A stretch of DNA of 64,000 nucleotides from Gammaproteobacteria bacterium (lineage in GTDB: Bacteria; Pseudomonadota; Gammaproteobacteria; CBDBNL01; JAAOII01), in NCBI GenBank assembly GCA_965215225.1, contig OZ244039.1, forward strand, positions 926,552 through 990,551. Reading direction: 5' to 3'. Every line of letters begins with the position of its first letter. Position 1 is the stretch's first letter. A model generated the notes under the pieces. The model saw only the letters and a program-made list of their open reading frames with translations, was not told the DNA's origin and made no database searches. A program made the position numbers and the translations under genes. This document shows, piece after piece, positions 39,312 through 49,709 of this stretch.

Positions 39312-40124
39312 ATGGTAGCTATGAAAAGATTGGCTAAGACCTTTGCTAGGGTTGCTAAGGAAGATAGAGCAGCCTTAGCTTGTTTTTTAACTGGCGGTTA
39401 TCCTGACTTGGATATAGGCACTGAGCTACTCTGTGCTTTGCCGAGCTATGGAGCCGACCTGGTGGAACTGGGCATCCCTTTTAGTGATGCTTCAGCAGAT
39501 GGGGAAACTATTCGCCAGGCTAGTTATGAGTCCTTGCAAAAAGGCATCAATATGGAACAGATCCTGGCAATAGCAAGGACTTTCAGAAAAAAGAATCCTA
39601 CTACTCCCCTAGTATTAATGGGCTATTACAATCCAGTCTTCTATTATGGAACAAAAGACTTTATTGCTGAGCTAGATGCTATTGGCGTAGATGGTATTAT
39701 CTTGGTAGATTTGCCGCCAGAAGAAGAGCAAGAGGTGACCCAGCATTTGCTAGGAACAGATGTGGCTCTCATTCATCTCATAACCCCCACCACAGATCAA
39801 CAAAGGTTGAAGACCATAAGCCAATCAGCTCAAGGGTTTCTTTACTATGTTTCTATTACTGGGGTTACTGGTAGCCATTCTCCTCAGCTAGAACAGGTAA
39901 AAGGGCATCTGCAAGAGTTAGAGCCAAGCCTGCCAGTTGCCATAGGGTTTGGTATTAAAGAACCTGAACAGGCAAAGGCATTTGGTAGGCTTGCTCAAGC
40001 TGTGGTGGTAGGCTCTTCTTTAATTCAGACCATTCAAAATAGCAAAGATAGCAAAGATAAAAAGACCATCAAGTTTCAATTAAGGAAACAGGTAAATAGT
40101 TATGCTAAGGCATTAAAGAGGTGA
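39312..40124 (+). CDS. trpA: Tryptophan synthase alpha chain
   Basis: [29 protein letters not shown] and GFGI. Confidence 0.96.
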   Translation: MVAMKRLAKTFARVAKEDRAALACFLTGGYPDLDIGTELLCALPSYGADLVELGIPFSDASADGETIRQASYESLQKGINMEQILAIARTFRKKNPTTPLVLMGYYNPVFYYGTKDFIAELDAIGVDGIILVDLPPEEEQEVTQHLLGTDVALIHLITPTTDQQRLKTISQSAQGFLYYVSITGVTGSHSPQLEQVKGHLQELEPSLPVAIGFGIKEPEQAKAFGRLAQAVVVGSSLIQTIQNSKDSKDKKTIKFQLRKQVNSYAKALKR

Positions 40125-42364
40125 AAACTTCAACTAAGAGCCCTAAGCGGTTTCCCAAGGCCATTAGCCGTGATCTGAGAGCCTATGTTGAGCAAGCCTA
40201 TCTCAACTACTCTATGGCGGTGATATTAGAGAGAGCCTTGCCTCAACTGAGCGATGGATTAAAACCAGTCCAACGACGGATTATTTACGCTATGTCCGAA
40301 CTAGGTCTTGCTAGTTCGGCAAAGCCTAAGAAATCGGCGCGCACCATAGGAGATGTGCTGGGCAAGTTCCATCCTCACGGTGATATGGCATGTTATGAGG
40401 CTATGGTGCTAATGGCTCAGTCGTTTTCCACTCGTTATCCACTGATAGATGGGCAGGGCAACTGGGGCTCCATAGACGACCCTAAATCCTTTGCTGCTAT
40501 GCGTTATACCGAAGCAAGACTGACTTCTTATGCGCAATTGCTGCTTGGCGAATTGGCTCAAGCTACTACCAGCTGGCAGCCAAATTTTGATGGCACATTG
40601 GTAGAGCCAAAACTATTACCTGCTCGGGTGCCCAATCTACTTCTTAACGGCTCTACTGGTATAGCAGTGGGTATGGCAACCGACATTCCTTCTCATAATT
40701 TGGCTGAGGTGATGGATGCCTGTTGCCTATTACTTAGGTCTCCTAAGGCTGGTATTGCCGAGCTGATGAAACTGGTTCCTGGCCCAGATTTTCCGGCTGG
40801 GGGCGTGATAGTGGCGTCAGCGGATGAATTAAAGCGGATCTATGAATCTGGTCAAGGCAGTTTGAGAGTCAGGGCTTCTTATAAGATGGAGGGAAAAGAA
40901 ATCTGTATCACTTCCTTACCGCCCCAAGTATCTACCACTCGGGTTATGGAGCAGTTGCAGCAGCAACTAGACAATCGTCGGCTTCCTATGGTTGCGGATT
41001 TGCGTGACCAATCAGATCATGCTTCCCCAGTATCCTTGATTGTGGTTACTCGTAAGGGCTGTGATCGCCAGCAGCTAATGGGGCATCTTTTTGCTACTAC
41101 AGATCTAGAGAGGATGGTGAGAGTTAACTTCAATGTGATCACCATGGGAGGGAAACCCGGTCTTCAATCTTTGGCAGGTTTTTTACAGAGCTGGCTGGAA
41201 TTTCGCCGCGCCTCAGTGAAGAGGCGCCTGAAGATGGAACTAGACAAGGTGCTTTCTCGCTTGCATATTCTGCAAGGATTATTAGAAGCCTATCTCAATT
41301 TGGATGAGGTTATCAGGATTATTCGTAAGAGGGACAAGCCCAAGCCCATTCTGATGAAGAAATTCAAACTAAGCGACCGGCAAGCGGAATTTATCTTGGA
41401 TACTCGGTTACGCCATTTGGCTAGGCTTGAAGAGGAAAAGATTAAGGGTGAAGAGGAAGACCTCACCGATAGGCGTTATATGTTGGAGCAGCAGCTGGGC
41501 TCCGATAAGAAGATTACTGAGTTGCTTAAAAGAGAATTGCTTCAGATTAAGAAAGAGTTTGGCGATAAGAGAAGGACTCTTATTCAAGAGAGGGTGTTGG
41601 AGGCACAGAGTTTTCGTCCCGAACAGCTCATAAGCCGCGAGGCGGCCACTTTGGTGGTATCAAGACAAGGTTGGGTGCGCCTAGCCAAAGGACATAATAT
41701 CTTACCGAGCGAACTTTCTTATCGTAAAGAAGACTCCTATTTGTGTAGTTGGAAAGGGGATAATGATATGATTGCCCTTTTTATTGATAATCACGGTCGT
41801 TGCTATTCCTTGCCGGCACTTGAGCTACCTTCTGCTCGTGGGCTGGGCGAGCCTTTGAGTAGTAGATTAGATATGGCAGATGGCGCTTCTATTCAGGCAG
41901 GGCTATTACTCAGTCCAAATAGCAAGAAAGAATTTTTGCTTATGACGAAAGAAGGCTATGGTTTTATTGCCAGCGGGAAAAGTCTTATCACAGTCTATCG
42001 CAGGAAGGGGAAGCAGGTTGTCAGGGCAAAGGAAGGCATGGTTCAGCCAGTTGAAATAAAGCCACAAGCAGAGAAGGTGGCATTATTAACCGAGCAAAAT
42101 CGCCTATTGATATTGCCACTAAAAGATTTGCCCCATATGCAAAAAGGCAGAGGTGTCAAGCTGATAAATTCTAAAGGGAATAATTGGCTAAAACAGGCAG
42201 TGGCATTACAATCAGCTACGCTCTTATTGTTAGAGGACCAGGATGCAGACCCTCTTCCATTTGAACCCAAGGAATGGAAAAACTTTTGTGCCAGTCGTGG
42301 CAAGAAGGGCAAGCTATTAAAGAAATTCTCGTCTTCCGTTCGGCTAGCAACGAAAGAAGCTTAG
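40121..42364 (+). CDS. parC: DNA topoisomerase IV subunit A
   Basis: [36 protein letters not shown] and AAMRYTE. Confidence 0.96.
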   Translation: MKTSTKSPKRFPKAISRDLRAYVEQAYLNYSMAVILERALPQLSDGLKPVQRRIIYAMSELGLASSAKPKKSARTIGDVLGKFHPHGDMACYEAMVLMAQSFSTRYPLIDGQGNWGSIDDPKSFAAMRYTEARLTSYAQLLLGELAQATTSWQPNFDGTLVEPKLLPARVPNLLLNGSTGIAVGMATDIPSHNLAEVMDACCLLLRSPKAGIAELMKLVPGPDFPAGGVIVASADELKRIYESGQGSLRVRASYKMEGKEICITSLPPQVSTTRVMEQLQQQLDNRRLPMVADLRDQSDHASPVSLIVVTRKGCDRQQLMGHLFATTDLERMVRVNFNVITMGGKPGLQSLAGFLQSWLEFRRASVKRRLKMELDKVLSRLHILQGLLEAYLNLDEVIRIIRKRDKPKPILMKKFKLSDRQAEFILDTRLRHLARLEEEKIKGEEEDLTDRRYMLEQQLGSDKKITELLKRELLQIKKEFGDKRRTLIQERVLEAQSFRPEQLISREAATLVVSRQGWVRLAKGHNILPSELSYRKEDSYLCSWKGDNDMIALFIDNHGRCYSLPALELPSARGLGEPLSSRLDMADGASIQAGLLLSPNSKKEFLLMTKEGYGFIASGKSLITVYRRKGKQVVRAKEGMVQPVEIKPQAEKVALLTEQNRLLILPLKDLPHMQKGRGVKLINSKGNNWLKQAVALQSATLLLLEDQDADPLPFEPKEWKNFCASRGKKGKLLKKFSSSVRLATKEA

Positions 42365-43161
42365 CTAGGGGGTTTTAATGGGTGTTTTAATGGGTGTTTC
42401 AATGAGGGAGCAAGAACCTCGATTGATTGGGGATTGAGGCGAAACTCAAAATAATTGTTGATGGCAATCAGTTGCCCTTCCACACTAATGGTATCCAATA
42501 TATAAGGAAGGAAAGGTTCGGGCTGGGCTTCCCCTTGTGGATTTGTTGCCAGGAATATCTTACTGATACTCTGGCAGTGGGGAATAAAAAAAGGAGGAAT
42601 GCCGCTGCGGATGCAAAGAGAGGCGCATGCTTTATGGGTTATTCCATCGGCTGGGCGCATGACACCATAATGGCATTTACTATCGACAATATGGCCAACT
42701 AACCTATGCTTGCCAAAATCTCTTCGATTATCGCCCTGGATTGATATATCCCTTCTCAATGGCACAACTGAAATCGTTTCCAGTAGATAGTTGGAAGGAG
42801 AATCATGACGGGTGATGAGCTTCCCCTTGGCTTCAACATATCTCTCTTCTACCTCATCAACTAGACTCTGGGCGCCCAGCTTGCCTTCTTGCACTAGGAA
42901 GACAGTGTCATAGCCGCGCGGCGTGTAGTTGTTAGCCACTAGGATATGAGGATAGGGCTGTTTTATTAATCTGCCTCGTAGGCTGAGGTCATTTTTCCCC
43001 CATTTGGCGGCGGCTGGCTTTTGCTGAGAGAGGGCAAAAAGATTTGCAAAACCGGCTGCGCCTAAGACCAATAAAGGAACAGCAGTCAGCAGAAAGCGCT
43101 TGTCTCTGTCTGGGGTTTTACCATAACCAATGAAGAAGGAATCCTTGCTCTTTTGCTTCAT
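42361..43161 (-). CDS. Membrane-anchored hypothetical protein with DSKC..GVM and [15 protein letters not shown] motifs
   Basis: One N-terminal hydrophobic segment and a Cys/His cluster; last gene of the four-gene minus-strand cluster. Confidence 0.7.
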   Translation of the reverse strand: MKQKSKDSFFIGYGKTPDRDKRFLLTAVPLLVLGAAGFANLFALSQQKPAAAKWGKNDLSLRGRLIKQPYPHILVANNYTPRGYDTVFLVQEGKLGAQSLVDEVEERYVEAKGKLITRHDSPSNYLLETISVVPLRRDISIQGDNRRDFGKHRLVGHIVDSKCHYGVMRPADGITHKACASLCIRSGIPPFFIPHCQSISKIFLATNPQGEAQPEPFLPYILDTISVEGQLIAINNYFEFRLNPQSIEVLAPSLKHPLKHPLKPPS

Positions 43162-43210
43162 ATATAACTCCTATGACTCCTATAGCACCTATATAACACC
43201 TATATAACAC

Positions 43211-44266
43211 CTACTTAGCTTTGGCACGAATAATTGCTGGTCTAGTAGGAGTGCCTGGTGGATTAGGCTGTTGATTGATAAGTACATCTCCTTTGTTAAT
43301 CTTAACATCATAGGTAGGAATCCTCTCAGTAAAAGGAGGAGGGGACTGCCCTGAGGCAGGAAAATATTCATAACCATGCCATGGACAAACTATGCGGCCA
43401 TTAATGACCCTACCCTCACACAAAGGACCATTTTGATGGGCGCAGGCATTGGCAACCGCTGCTATTCTATTAGTATCATAGCGAAAGACCGCTATCTTGT
43501 CTCCTTGGGCCAAGGTAAAGCCGCGTCCTCTATTGTTCTCTAACTCAGTAGCCGGGCAAAGACGAACCCATTGTTCTTTGGTTTTTATTCTTCTATCAGC
43601 TCTTAGCTCTTTGAGGGCTGCTATCAGGTGGAGAAATGCGACGCCAAGACCTGCCCCAATAAGAACATAGAGGTAACTAGGGTTTTTCTCAGCTTGAACA
43701 AAACCAAAGAGCACATGAGCCATAAGAAGCCCATAGGCAATATATACACCCATATGTAGAAATTTCCAAACCGACGGGGAGAATAGCTTCAGCCAAAAAT
43801 CATGGCTGGTAAGTGCCATTACCATAATAATCAGATAAGCAATGAAGCCATAGACCTCAAAAGGGAAGCGAGCAAAATCGGTGAGATTGGGATTGCTAAT
43901 GAAGAGGGAAATCAGGGGGACAAGAATGCCATAAGAGTGATACCACAATATAGCAAAGAATACATGTAAGGTGGCTATTATGAACATAGAAACACCCAGA
44001 TGGCGACGGTTATAAAGAAGGGGCTTGAATAGAGGAGATAGTCTGGCAAGGGGACCTATTATGAGAATGAAATGCAGCAGTAAAAAGGCACAGCTGCCTA
44101 GGGCTCTTATGACAAGTATCATCGGACTAATGTCCTGTGGAGCTGGATGATTCCAAAAGCTGACCAATAAGAAGGTGCCTATATATCCTAAAACAGCAAG
44201 GATAATTATCAGATCATAATAGGACTTGAACCTATTCCATTGGATTGCTTGATAATCGGCGCTCAT
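43211..44266 (-). CDS. Ferric-reductase-like (MsrQ-like) transmembrane domain fused to a Rieske [2Fe-2S] domain
   Basis: About 6-7 TM segments with RRHLG, LH, LTS and WKFLH...H; C-terminal CAHQNGPL...CPWHG. Confidence 0.88.
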   Translation of the reverse strand: MSADYQAIQWNRFKSYYDLIIILAVLGYIGTFLLVSFWNHPAPQDISPMILVIRALGSCAFLLLHFILIIGPLARLSPLFKPLLYNRRHLGVSMFIIATLHVFFAILWYHSYGILVPLISLFISNPNLTDFARFPFEVYGFIAYLIIMVMALTSHDFWLKLFSPSVWKFLHMGVYIAYGLLMAHVLFGFVQAEKNPSYLYVLIGAGLGVAFLHLIAALKELRADRRIKTKEQWVRLCPATELENNRGRGFTLAQGDKIAVFRYDTNRIAAVANACAHQNGPLCEGRVINGRIVCPWHGYEYFPASGQSPPPFTERIPTYDVKINKGDVLINQQPNPPGTPTRPAIIRAKAK

Positions 44267-44445
44267 GGAGATTCTGGTTCAGAGTTAAGGTCTTCTTCTA
44301 GCTTCTCTAAGAGCTCTTGCTGCTGCTGGTTTGGTTGCTTCTCGCCTTGCTGGAGCAAATAGGCTGAAAGTGAGAAAGATAGAACAAGAAGAGGGGTAAT
44401 TGTTAACCACAGAATTAAATGAAGTTTCCTATGTGAGTGTTTCAT
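44263..44445 (-). CDS. Small single-TM hypothetical protein
   Basis: MKHSHRKLHLILW followed by a TM segment; ATGA overlaps with both neighbours. Confidence 0.7.
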   Translation of the reverse strand: MKHSHRKLHLILWLTITPLLVLSFSLSAYLLQQGEKQPNQQQQELLEKLEEDLNSEPESP

Positions 44446-45071
44446 TTGTCTGAGCGATTCTTTTTAGCCTGAACCTTCTTGCCGACCTTCTTTTTGGCAG
44501 CCTTAGCCGGCTCGGTCTCTTTCGTGTCAGCTGGTTTTCTCCTCACTTCTGTTGCTGATTGGTTTGCTTCCGATGCTGGTGCCTGTTCCATCCTTCCTTT
44601 TCTTGTGATACCTTTTGTTGCCGATTGGTTTGCTTCCGATGCTGGTGCCTGTTCCATCCTTCCTTTTCTTGTGATACCTTTTGTTGCCGATTGGTTTGCT
44701 TCCGATGCTGGTGTGTGTTCCATCCTTCCTTTTCTTGTGATACCTTTTGTTGCTGATTGTTTTGCTTCCAATGCTGGTGTGTGTTCCATCCTTCCTTTTC
44801 TTGTGATACCTTTTGTTGCCGATTGGTTTGCTTCCAATGCTGGCGGGGTTTTGGTTGAGATACGAGTGATGAATAGGACTAGTATCAAGGGCCAGAGGAT
44901 AATACTAGTAGGCAATATCATAAGTCTGAAACCGAGACTGCCGCCCTGGGCGTGAATGTCAATTAAATTCACCAACCAGAAAACAAAGAGAAGACCAAAG
45001 AGAATGCCGCATGCCAAATAGGCAAGATGCCAGTTGATCAGCAGGCTATCTACTTGTGCTCCTATATCCAC
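44442..45071 (-). CDS. Two-TM hypothetical protein with a 22-aa repeat tail
   Basis: YLACGILFG...ID..A.G.SLGFRL.ILP....LWP, then 4.5 copies of PA(L/S)EANQSATKGITRKGRME. Confidence 0.7.
   Translation of the reverse strand: MDIGAQVDSLLINWHLAYLACGILFGLLFVFWLVNLIDIHAQGGSLGFRLMILPTSIILWPLILVLFITRISTKTPPALEANQSATKGITRKGRMEHTPALEAKQSATKGITRKGRMEHTPASEANQSATKGITRKGRMEQAPASEANQSATKGITRKGRMEQAPASEANQSATEVRRKPADTKETEPAKAAKKKVGKKVQAKKNRSDK
44549..44843 (-). repeat. 66 bp coding tandem repeat, about 4.5 copies
   Basis: ttggtttgcttccgatgctggt recurs at 66 bp intervals (44559, 44625, 44691...). Confidence 0.92.
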
Positions 45072-45097
45072 TTCTTATACCTGTTTTTCTGTTTATG

Positions 45098-45495
45098 CTC
45101 ATCCATTTATGCTCCTATATATATGTCTCTATTCATCTCTTTATGCTTCCTATATACTTGTCTATACTCATCTCTTTATGCTTCCTATATACTTGTCTAT
45201 ATTCATCTCTTTATGCTTCCTATATATACTTGGCTATATTCATTTCTTTATGCTTCCTATATATATGTCTATATTCATCTTTTTATGCTTCCTATATATA
45301 TGTCCATATTCATTTCTTTATGCTTCCTATATATACTTGGTTATATTCATCTCTTTATGCTCCTATATATACTTGGCTATACTCATCTCTTTATGCTTCC
45401 TATATATATGTCCATATTCATTTCTTTATGCTTCTTATATATATGTCCATATTCATTTCTTTATGCTTCCTATATATACTCGTCTATATTCATCT
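45098..45495. repeat. Intergenic 35-37 bp tandem repeat, about 11 copies
   Basis: Unit tcat(c/t)tctttatgcttcctatata(ta)..(t/g)ctata with no unique spacers. Confidence 0.93.
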
Positions 45496-45545
45496 AGGTC
45501 TAATAGACTCCCCTTATTTTTTAGCCTATTATATGGCGAAATGAT

Positions 45546-46031
45546 CTAATTGGTTCCTTTTTGTAATAGACATATGGCATGGGCTGCTATGGCTTCGCCT
45601 CTTCCTACTGCATCTAGTCCTTCGCCGCGAGTTGCCTTGACATTAATGGCTTCTAGTTGCAACATACTAATTAGCTTATCAACTATGCTGGCTTTGTATT
45701 TTCCTAGCTGAGGTTCTTGAAGCAGGATAGTCGTATCCACATTGATAATTTGATAGCCACTTTTATGGATTAGATGCAGACTATGATCAATGAATAGGCT
45801 GCTGGCTTTATCCCGCCATCTTTCATCTGAATCAGGGAAGTGTTCTCCTATGTCTCCCAAGGCGGCTGCCCCAAGGAGGGCGTCGCATATTGAGTGTAGT
45901 AGAACATCCCCATCTGAATGAGCCTCAACCTTTTTATGATAGGGAATATGAACTCCCCCCAACCAAAGCCCTTCCTTAGCTGGAATCAATGGATGCATGT
46001 CATAACCATAGCCTATACGAATATTATCCAT
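45546..46031 (-). CDS. ispF: 2-C-methyl-D-erythritol 2,4-cyclodiphosphate synthase
   Basis: RIGYGYDMH, HSDGDV, DALLGAAALGDIG and NVKAT. Confidence 0.96.
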   Translation of the reverse strand: MDNIRIGYGYDMHPLIPAKEGLWLGGVHIPYHKKVEAHSDGDVLLHSICDALLGAAALGDIGEHFPDSDERWRDKASSLFIDHSLHLIHKSGYQIINVDTTILLQEPQLGKYKASIVDKLISMLQLEAINVKATRGEGLDAVGRGEAIAAHAICLLQKGTN

Positions 46032-46614
46032 CTTGTTCTTTTGTCGCTATTGTGTTTTCTATGATATATTGGGTTGCTGTCTGGAGATCTGCCAAGATAG
46101 GTACTTGCCAACCAAGCTCGCGCAGCTGTCGCTCTGTCTGTATTCCATAACCGGTTCTGACTAGGATAGTATCACATCCATAGCTTCTTCCTGCCTCTAT
46201 GTCTTTGAGTGAATCACCAATGAAGATGGTTTCGCTTGGTGGCACATTGAGCTTCTTGCCAATAGTAGCCAGCATAGTTGGTTTGGGCTTACGGCAAACG
46301 CAATCTTCCTCTGGTGCATGAGGACAGAATTCAATATGGTCAATAGAACCATTGTGTTTTGCTAGGGAAGTTGTTAGCTTCTGATGTATCTGGTATAGGT
46401 CCTCTTTAGTATAATAGCCTCTTCCTATGCCGCTTTGATTAGTTGCAATGGCAACCAGAAATCCCGCTTCCTTGAGCTGCGCAACTGCTTCTAGGCTGCC
46501 GGCTATGGGATGCCATTCAGCTGCTGATTTGACATAGGCTTGAGAGTTGATATTAATCACTCCATCTCTATCTAATATTACGAGGCGGATACTTTCACCT
46601 CGGTAGTGACTCAT
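46024..46614 (-). CDS. gmhB: D-glycero-beta-D-manno-heptose 1,7-bisphosphate phosphatase
   Basis: LDRDGVIN, TNQSGIGRG, CPH...C.CRKP and GDS..D. Confidence 0.93.
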   Translation of the reverse strand: MSHYRGESIRLVILDRDGVININSQAYVKSAAEWHPIAGSLEAVAQLKEAGFLVAIATNQSGIGRGYYTKEDLYQIHQKLTTSLAKHNGSIDHIEFCPHAPEEDCVCRKPKPTMLATIGKKLNVPPSETIFIGDSLKDIEAGRSYGCDTILVRTGYGIQTERQLRELGWQVPILADLQTATQYIIENTIATKEQDG

Positions 46615-46969
46615 AGAATTTCTTTGAAACCTTTGATTAGTTAGTTTATTCTAACTAATAAGAGCCTTTTTGAAGATTGAAATTGGATTGGTTAGGGGCT
46701 ATTGAAGGGCAAGGTGCATCTTGTCTTCCTTCCTCTTTTGTTGCCTTCTTTCCTATCTTCTAGTTGAATAGAATTTGTTTGAGTTGTTCTTCTTTATGTT
46801 CTGATAGCTATCTGGCGGATTGAGCCAAATTCTTCCACCCCCTAATGATTTCCCCTTTGATGAAATTTGATGAAAAAAGCTTATAAAAATTAATTTTTTC
46901 GGTTAAATGCAATTTTTTCTCCTATTTTTTGTATCTTTCTTTGTATAATTTGTTGATATTATTGAATAA

Positions 46970-49234
46970 ATGCTAGACATTATTATGATTAATACTTCAA
47001 TAAATGTATTTAGGCTGCTATTGGATAGCTTATTAGGCCGCTTAGGTCACCTCTTTCTTATGCCTTCCTTTGTGTCTGCTTCCCAGCTTTTGCTTAATAG
47101 GCTGGGACGGTTCCTCTTCTTCTTAGCTGCGGCTGGTTTCTTATCAGTTGTTCTTATTGCTTGTGCTGGCGGTGGAGGTTCAGGCGGCAGTTCGAGTGGT
47201 TCAGCAAACAATGGTTCGATGAATGGTGATCCGGGAGACAATGGTCCAGGAAACGGCGGTGGCGATGGTCAAGGAGTTTCTAATGTGAGTCTCACTTTTG
47301 CTCCCATCAGGGGTGGGTTTCAAATAGGCAACCAGTCGGACTTTGGTGATTTTACTTCTTTGAAGATCACGGCAACCAGTGGAGGTCAGTCTGAGGAGAG
47401 AACTATCAACATAGACGAATTTGCTGATGACAGCTATGATTTTACCGGGCTAGCTGACCTGGATTGGAAGTTTCAGATTAGCGGAATTCTTAGCGATAGC
47501 AGGGAGCAGGAGGTGGATATAGTTTTTGTTTGGCAAGAGAATCGTGATGATCATGCCGGGGACGGTATTCGCTCGGGGGTGGATACGGATGGAGATAGGC
47601 GAGCAGATAGTGTGGATGAGGATGACGATAATGATGGGGTGGGAGACGGTATTGAGGCAAGGGGATGTGCCAAACTAGAAGATTGCGATAGTGATAGTTC
47701 AGAGGATGGAATGGACATAGATGATGATGGGGATGGATTGATAGAGATAACCACAGCGGCGCATTTGGATGAAGTGAGGTATGCTCTAGATGGCAGTGGG
47801 CGTAGGTCAACGGACGGTGGGGCACTCGACTCCACTGGCTGTGGTGGTACCGGCGGCATCACTTCTTGTAATGGCTATGAGTTGGTTGCGAACATAAGTC
47901 TTGCAGCCTATGCGGATGCGAATGGCGGCAAAGGTTGGCAGCCATTGGCGCATGATATAGATAATGCTACTGATGGTTGTCAAGGGACTGCTTTTAATGG
48001 GACCTTTGATGGCAATGGTTTTAGGATTAGTGATTTAACCATTAATCGTCCGAATGAGGATTGTGTGGGTTTGTTTGGGCATACAATTGAGCATTTGTCG
48101 TTGGAGCTTTTTCGTAATCTTAGTCTTCACACTGAGACAATAGTGGGCGATGATAGGGTAGGGAGTTTGGTAGGTTACATGGTAAATGCTACGATTACTT
48201 CTTCTTCTATAAGCATTGGTAATATCAGTGGGAGATCTGATGTAGGCGGTCTGGTGGGTAATGGTCTGCGCGCTGAGATTATTTCATCTTCGGTTGAGGT
48301 GGGTAAGGTGAGCGGGACTGGTGATAATGTAGGCGGTCTGGTAGGGGATGGTACCTTGGCTCGGATTTATTTTTCTTCGGTTGAGGTGGGTAAGGTGAGC
48401 GGGACTGGTGATAATGTAGGCGGTCTGGTGGGGGATGGTGTCGAAGCTGGGATTTATTCATCTTCAGTAGTGACAGGTGAGGTGAGCGGGAGAAATGATG
48501 TAGGCGGCCTGGTGGGGGAGGGTGAAACGGTTCGGATTATTTCTTCTTCGGTTGTGGCAGCTGAGGTGAGCGGGAGTGATGATGTAGGCGGTCTGGTGGG
48601 GTATGGTGTCGAAGCTGGGATTTATTCTTCTTCGGTTGTGGCAGCCGAGGTGAACGGGAGTGATGATGTAGGTGGTCTGATGGGGAATGGTGAATTCGCT
48701 AGTATTCATTCTTCTTCGGTTGTGGTGGGTAATTTGAGTGGGAATAATAATGTAGGCGGTCTGGCGGGAGTCTTTGACAGTGGTAAGGTTGCTTATTCTT
48801 ACGTAGTTTCAGGCAGTAATACTTCTATGCTGGGAGGGCAAGGAAGCGGAAGTGGGACTGGAGTTGCTTCCTATTGGGACAGTGAGACTAGCGGCAGAGA
48901 TACTGGCAACTATGGTGAAGCCAAGGACAGCAATGAGCTTCGGATGCCGATTGACTATGGGGGGATTTATGCCGATTGGGACGAGCATATAGATATATTT
49001 GACAAGCAGGACGTGTCATTTGCTGTTTGGTGTGATGAGAATGGTAATAGGAGGATTGAAGCGGATGAAAGAAACAGTGCCAATCTCATCTGGGATTTCG
49101 GTGAGTCGGATGAATATCCCGCCATTCGCTGCACTCCGCTAAGGCCTGATGACTGGCGCAACTGGTGGTCTTTGGAGGGGACGCCTGCCAAACCTCAACT
49201 AGACCGGGCTCGTTTAGACCAACTGCTCCCTTAA
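46970..49234 (+). CDS. GLUG-repeat lipoprotein, paralog 2
   Basis: Lipobox LIAC, Gly-rich linker, shared TFAP..GGF.IGNQSDFGDF domain, DDDGDGLIEI, VGGLVG repeats and shared C-terminus. Confidence 0.85.
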   Translation: MLDIIMINTSINVFRLLLDSLLGRLGHLFLMPSFVSASQLLLNRLGRFLFFLAAAGFLSVVLIACAGGGGSGGSSSGSANNGSMNGDPGDNGPGNGGGDGQGVSNVSLTFAPIRGGFQIGNQSDFGDFTSLKITATSGGQSEERTINIDEFADDSYDFTGLADLDWKFQISGILSDSREQEVDIVFVWQENRDDHAGDGIRSGVDTDGDRRADSVDEDDDNDGVGDGIEARGCAKLEDCDSDSSEDGMDIDDDGDGLIEITTAAHLDEVRYALDGSGRRSTDGGALDSTGCGGTGGITSCNGYELVANISLAAYADANGGKGWQPLAHDIDNATDGCQGTAFNGTFDGNGFRISDLTINRPNEDCVGLFGHTIEHLSLELFRNLSLHTETIVGDDRVGSLVGYMVNATITSSSISIGNISGRSDVGGLVGNGLRAEIISSSVEVGKVSGTGDNVGGLVGDGTLARIYFSSVEVGKVSGTGDNVGGLVGDGVEAGIYSSSVVTGEVSGRNDVGGLVGEGETVRIISSSVVAAEVSGSDDVGGLVGYGVEAGIYSSSVVAAEVNGSDDVGGLMGNGEFASIHSSSVVVGNLSGNNNVGGLAGVFDSGKVAYSYVVSGSNTSMLGGQGSGSGTGVASYWDSETSGRDTGNYGEAKDSNELRMPIDYGGIYADWDEHIDIFDKQDVSFAVWCDENGNRRIEADERNSANLIWDFGESDEYPAIRCTPLRPDDWRNWWSLEGTPAKPQLDRARLDQLLP

Positions 49235-49547
49235 ACTAGCGATTTGCTTTGGCTTAGACCCTTCTTCAACCCAAACAACTAGGGCAGAAGAACTCCAACT
49301 AGACCCGTTTGGCTAGGCTATTTCCTTTCTTATTTTGATTAGCCTCTCAGGCATTCGTTCAATTTTGATCTCAGGCTTTCATTGGTTAATCAAAGGTTTC
49401 TCTTTAAGATTTAAGATATGCTAGTTTGAAATTAAAATACGTTTGTAAGCTTGTTATTCTGTCCTATTCAGCAATTCAACAAATAATAACTATAAAAACC
49501 ATTTATCTTAATGTATAAATAAAGAGGGAATAAGGAAATAAAAGGAA

Positions 49548-49669
49548 GGAAATAAGGAACAAAGGAAATAAGGAACAAAGGAAATAAGGAACAAAGGAAA
49601 TAAGGAACAAAGGAAATAAGGAACAAAGGAAATAAGGAACAAAGGAAATAAGGAACAAAGGAAATAAGG
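49548..49669 (+). repeat. 16 bp perfect tandem repeat (ggaaataaggaacaaa) x7.6 upstream of nqrA
   Basis: Seven exact copies at 49548-49659 plus a partial copy. Confidence 0.95.
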
Positions 49670-49709
49670 AAATAAAGGGACAATATAAAATTTCTACTAT
49701 TGTAGATCT

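Noticed and set aside
45098-45495. CRISPR-like periodicity of 35-37 bp
   Set aside because: The units are contiguous with no unique spacers, and there are no cas genes in the window.
45027-45549. Three overlapping 156-171 aa plus-strand ORFs
   Set aside because: They result from a stop-free tandem repeat and give low-complexity Y/L/I/S translations.
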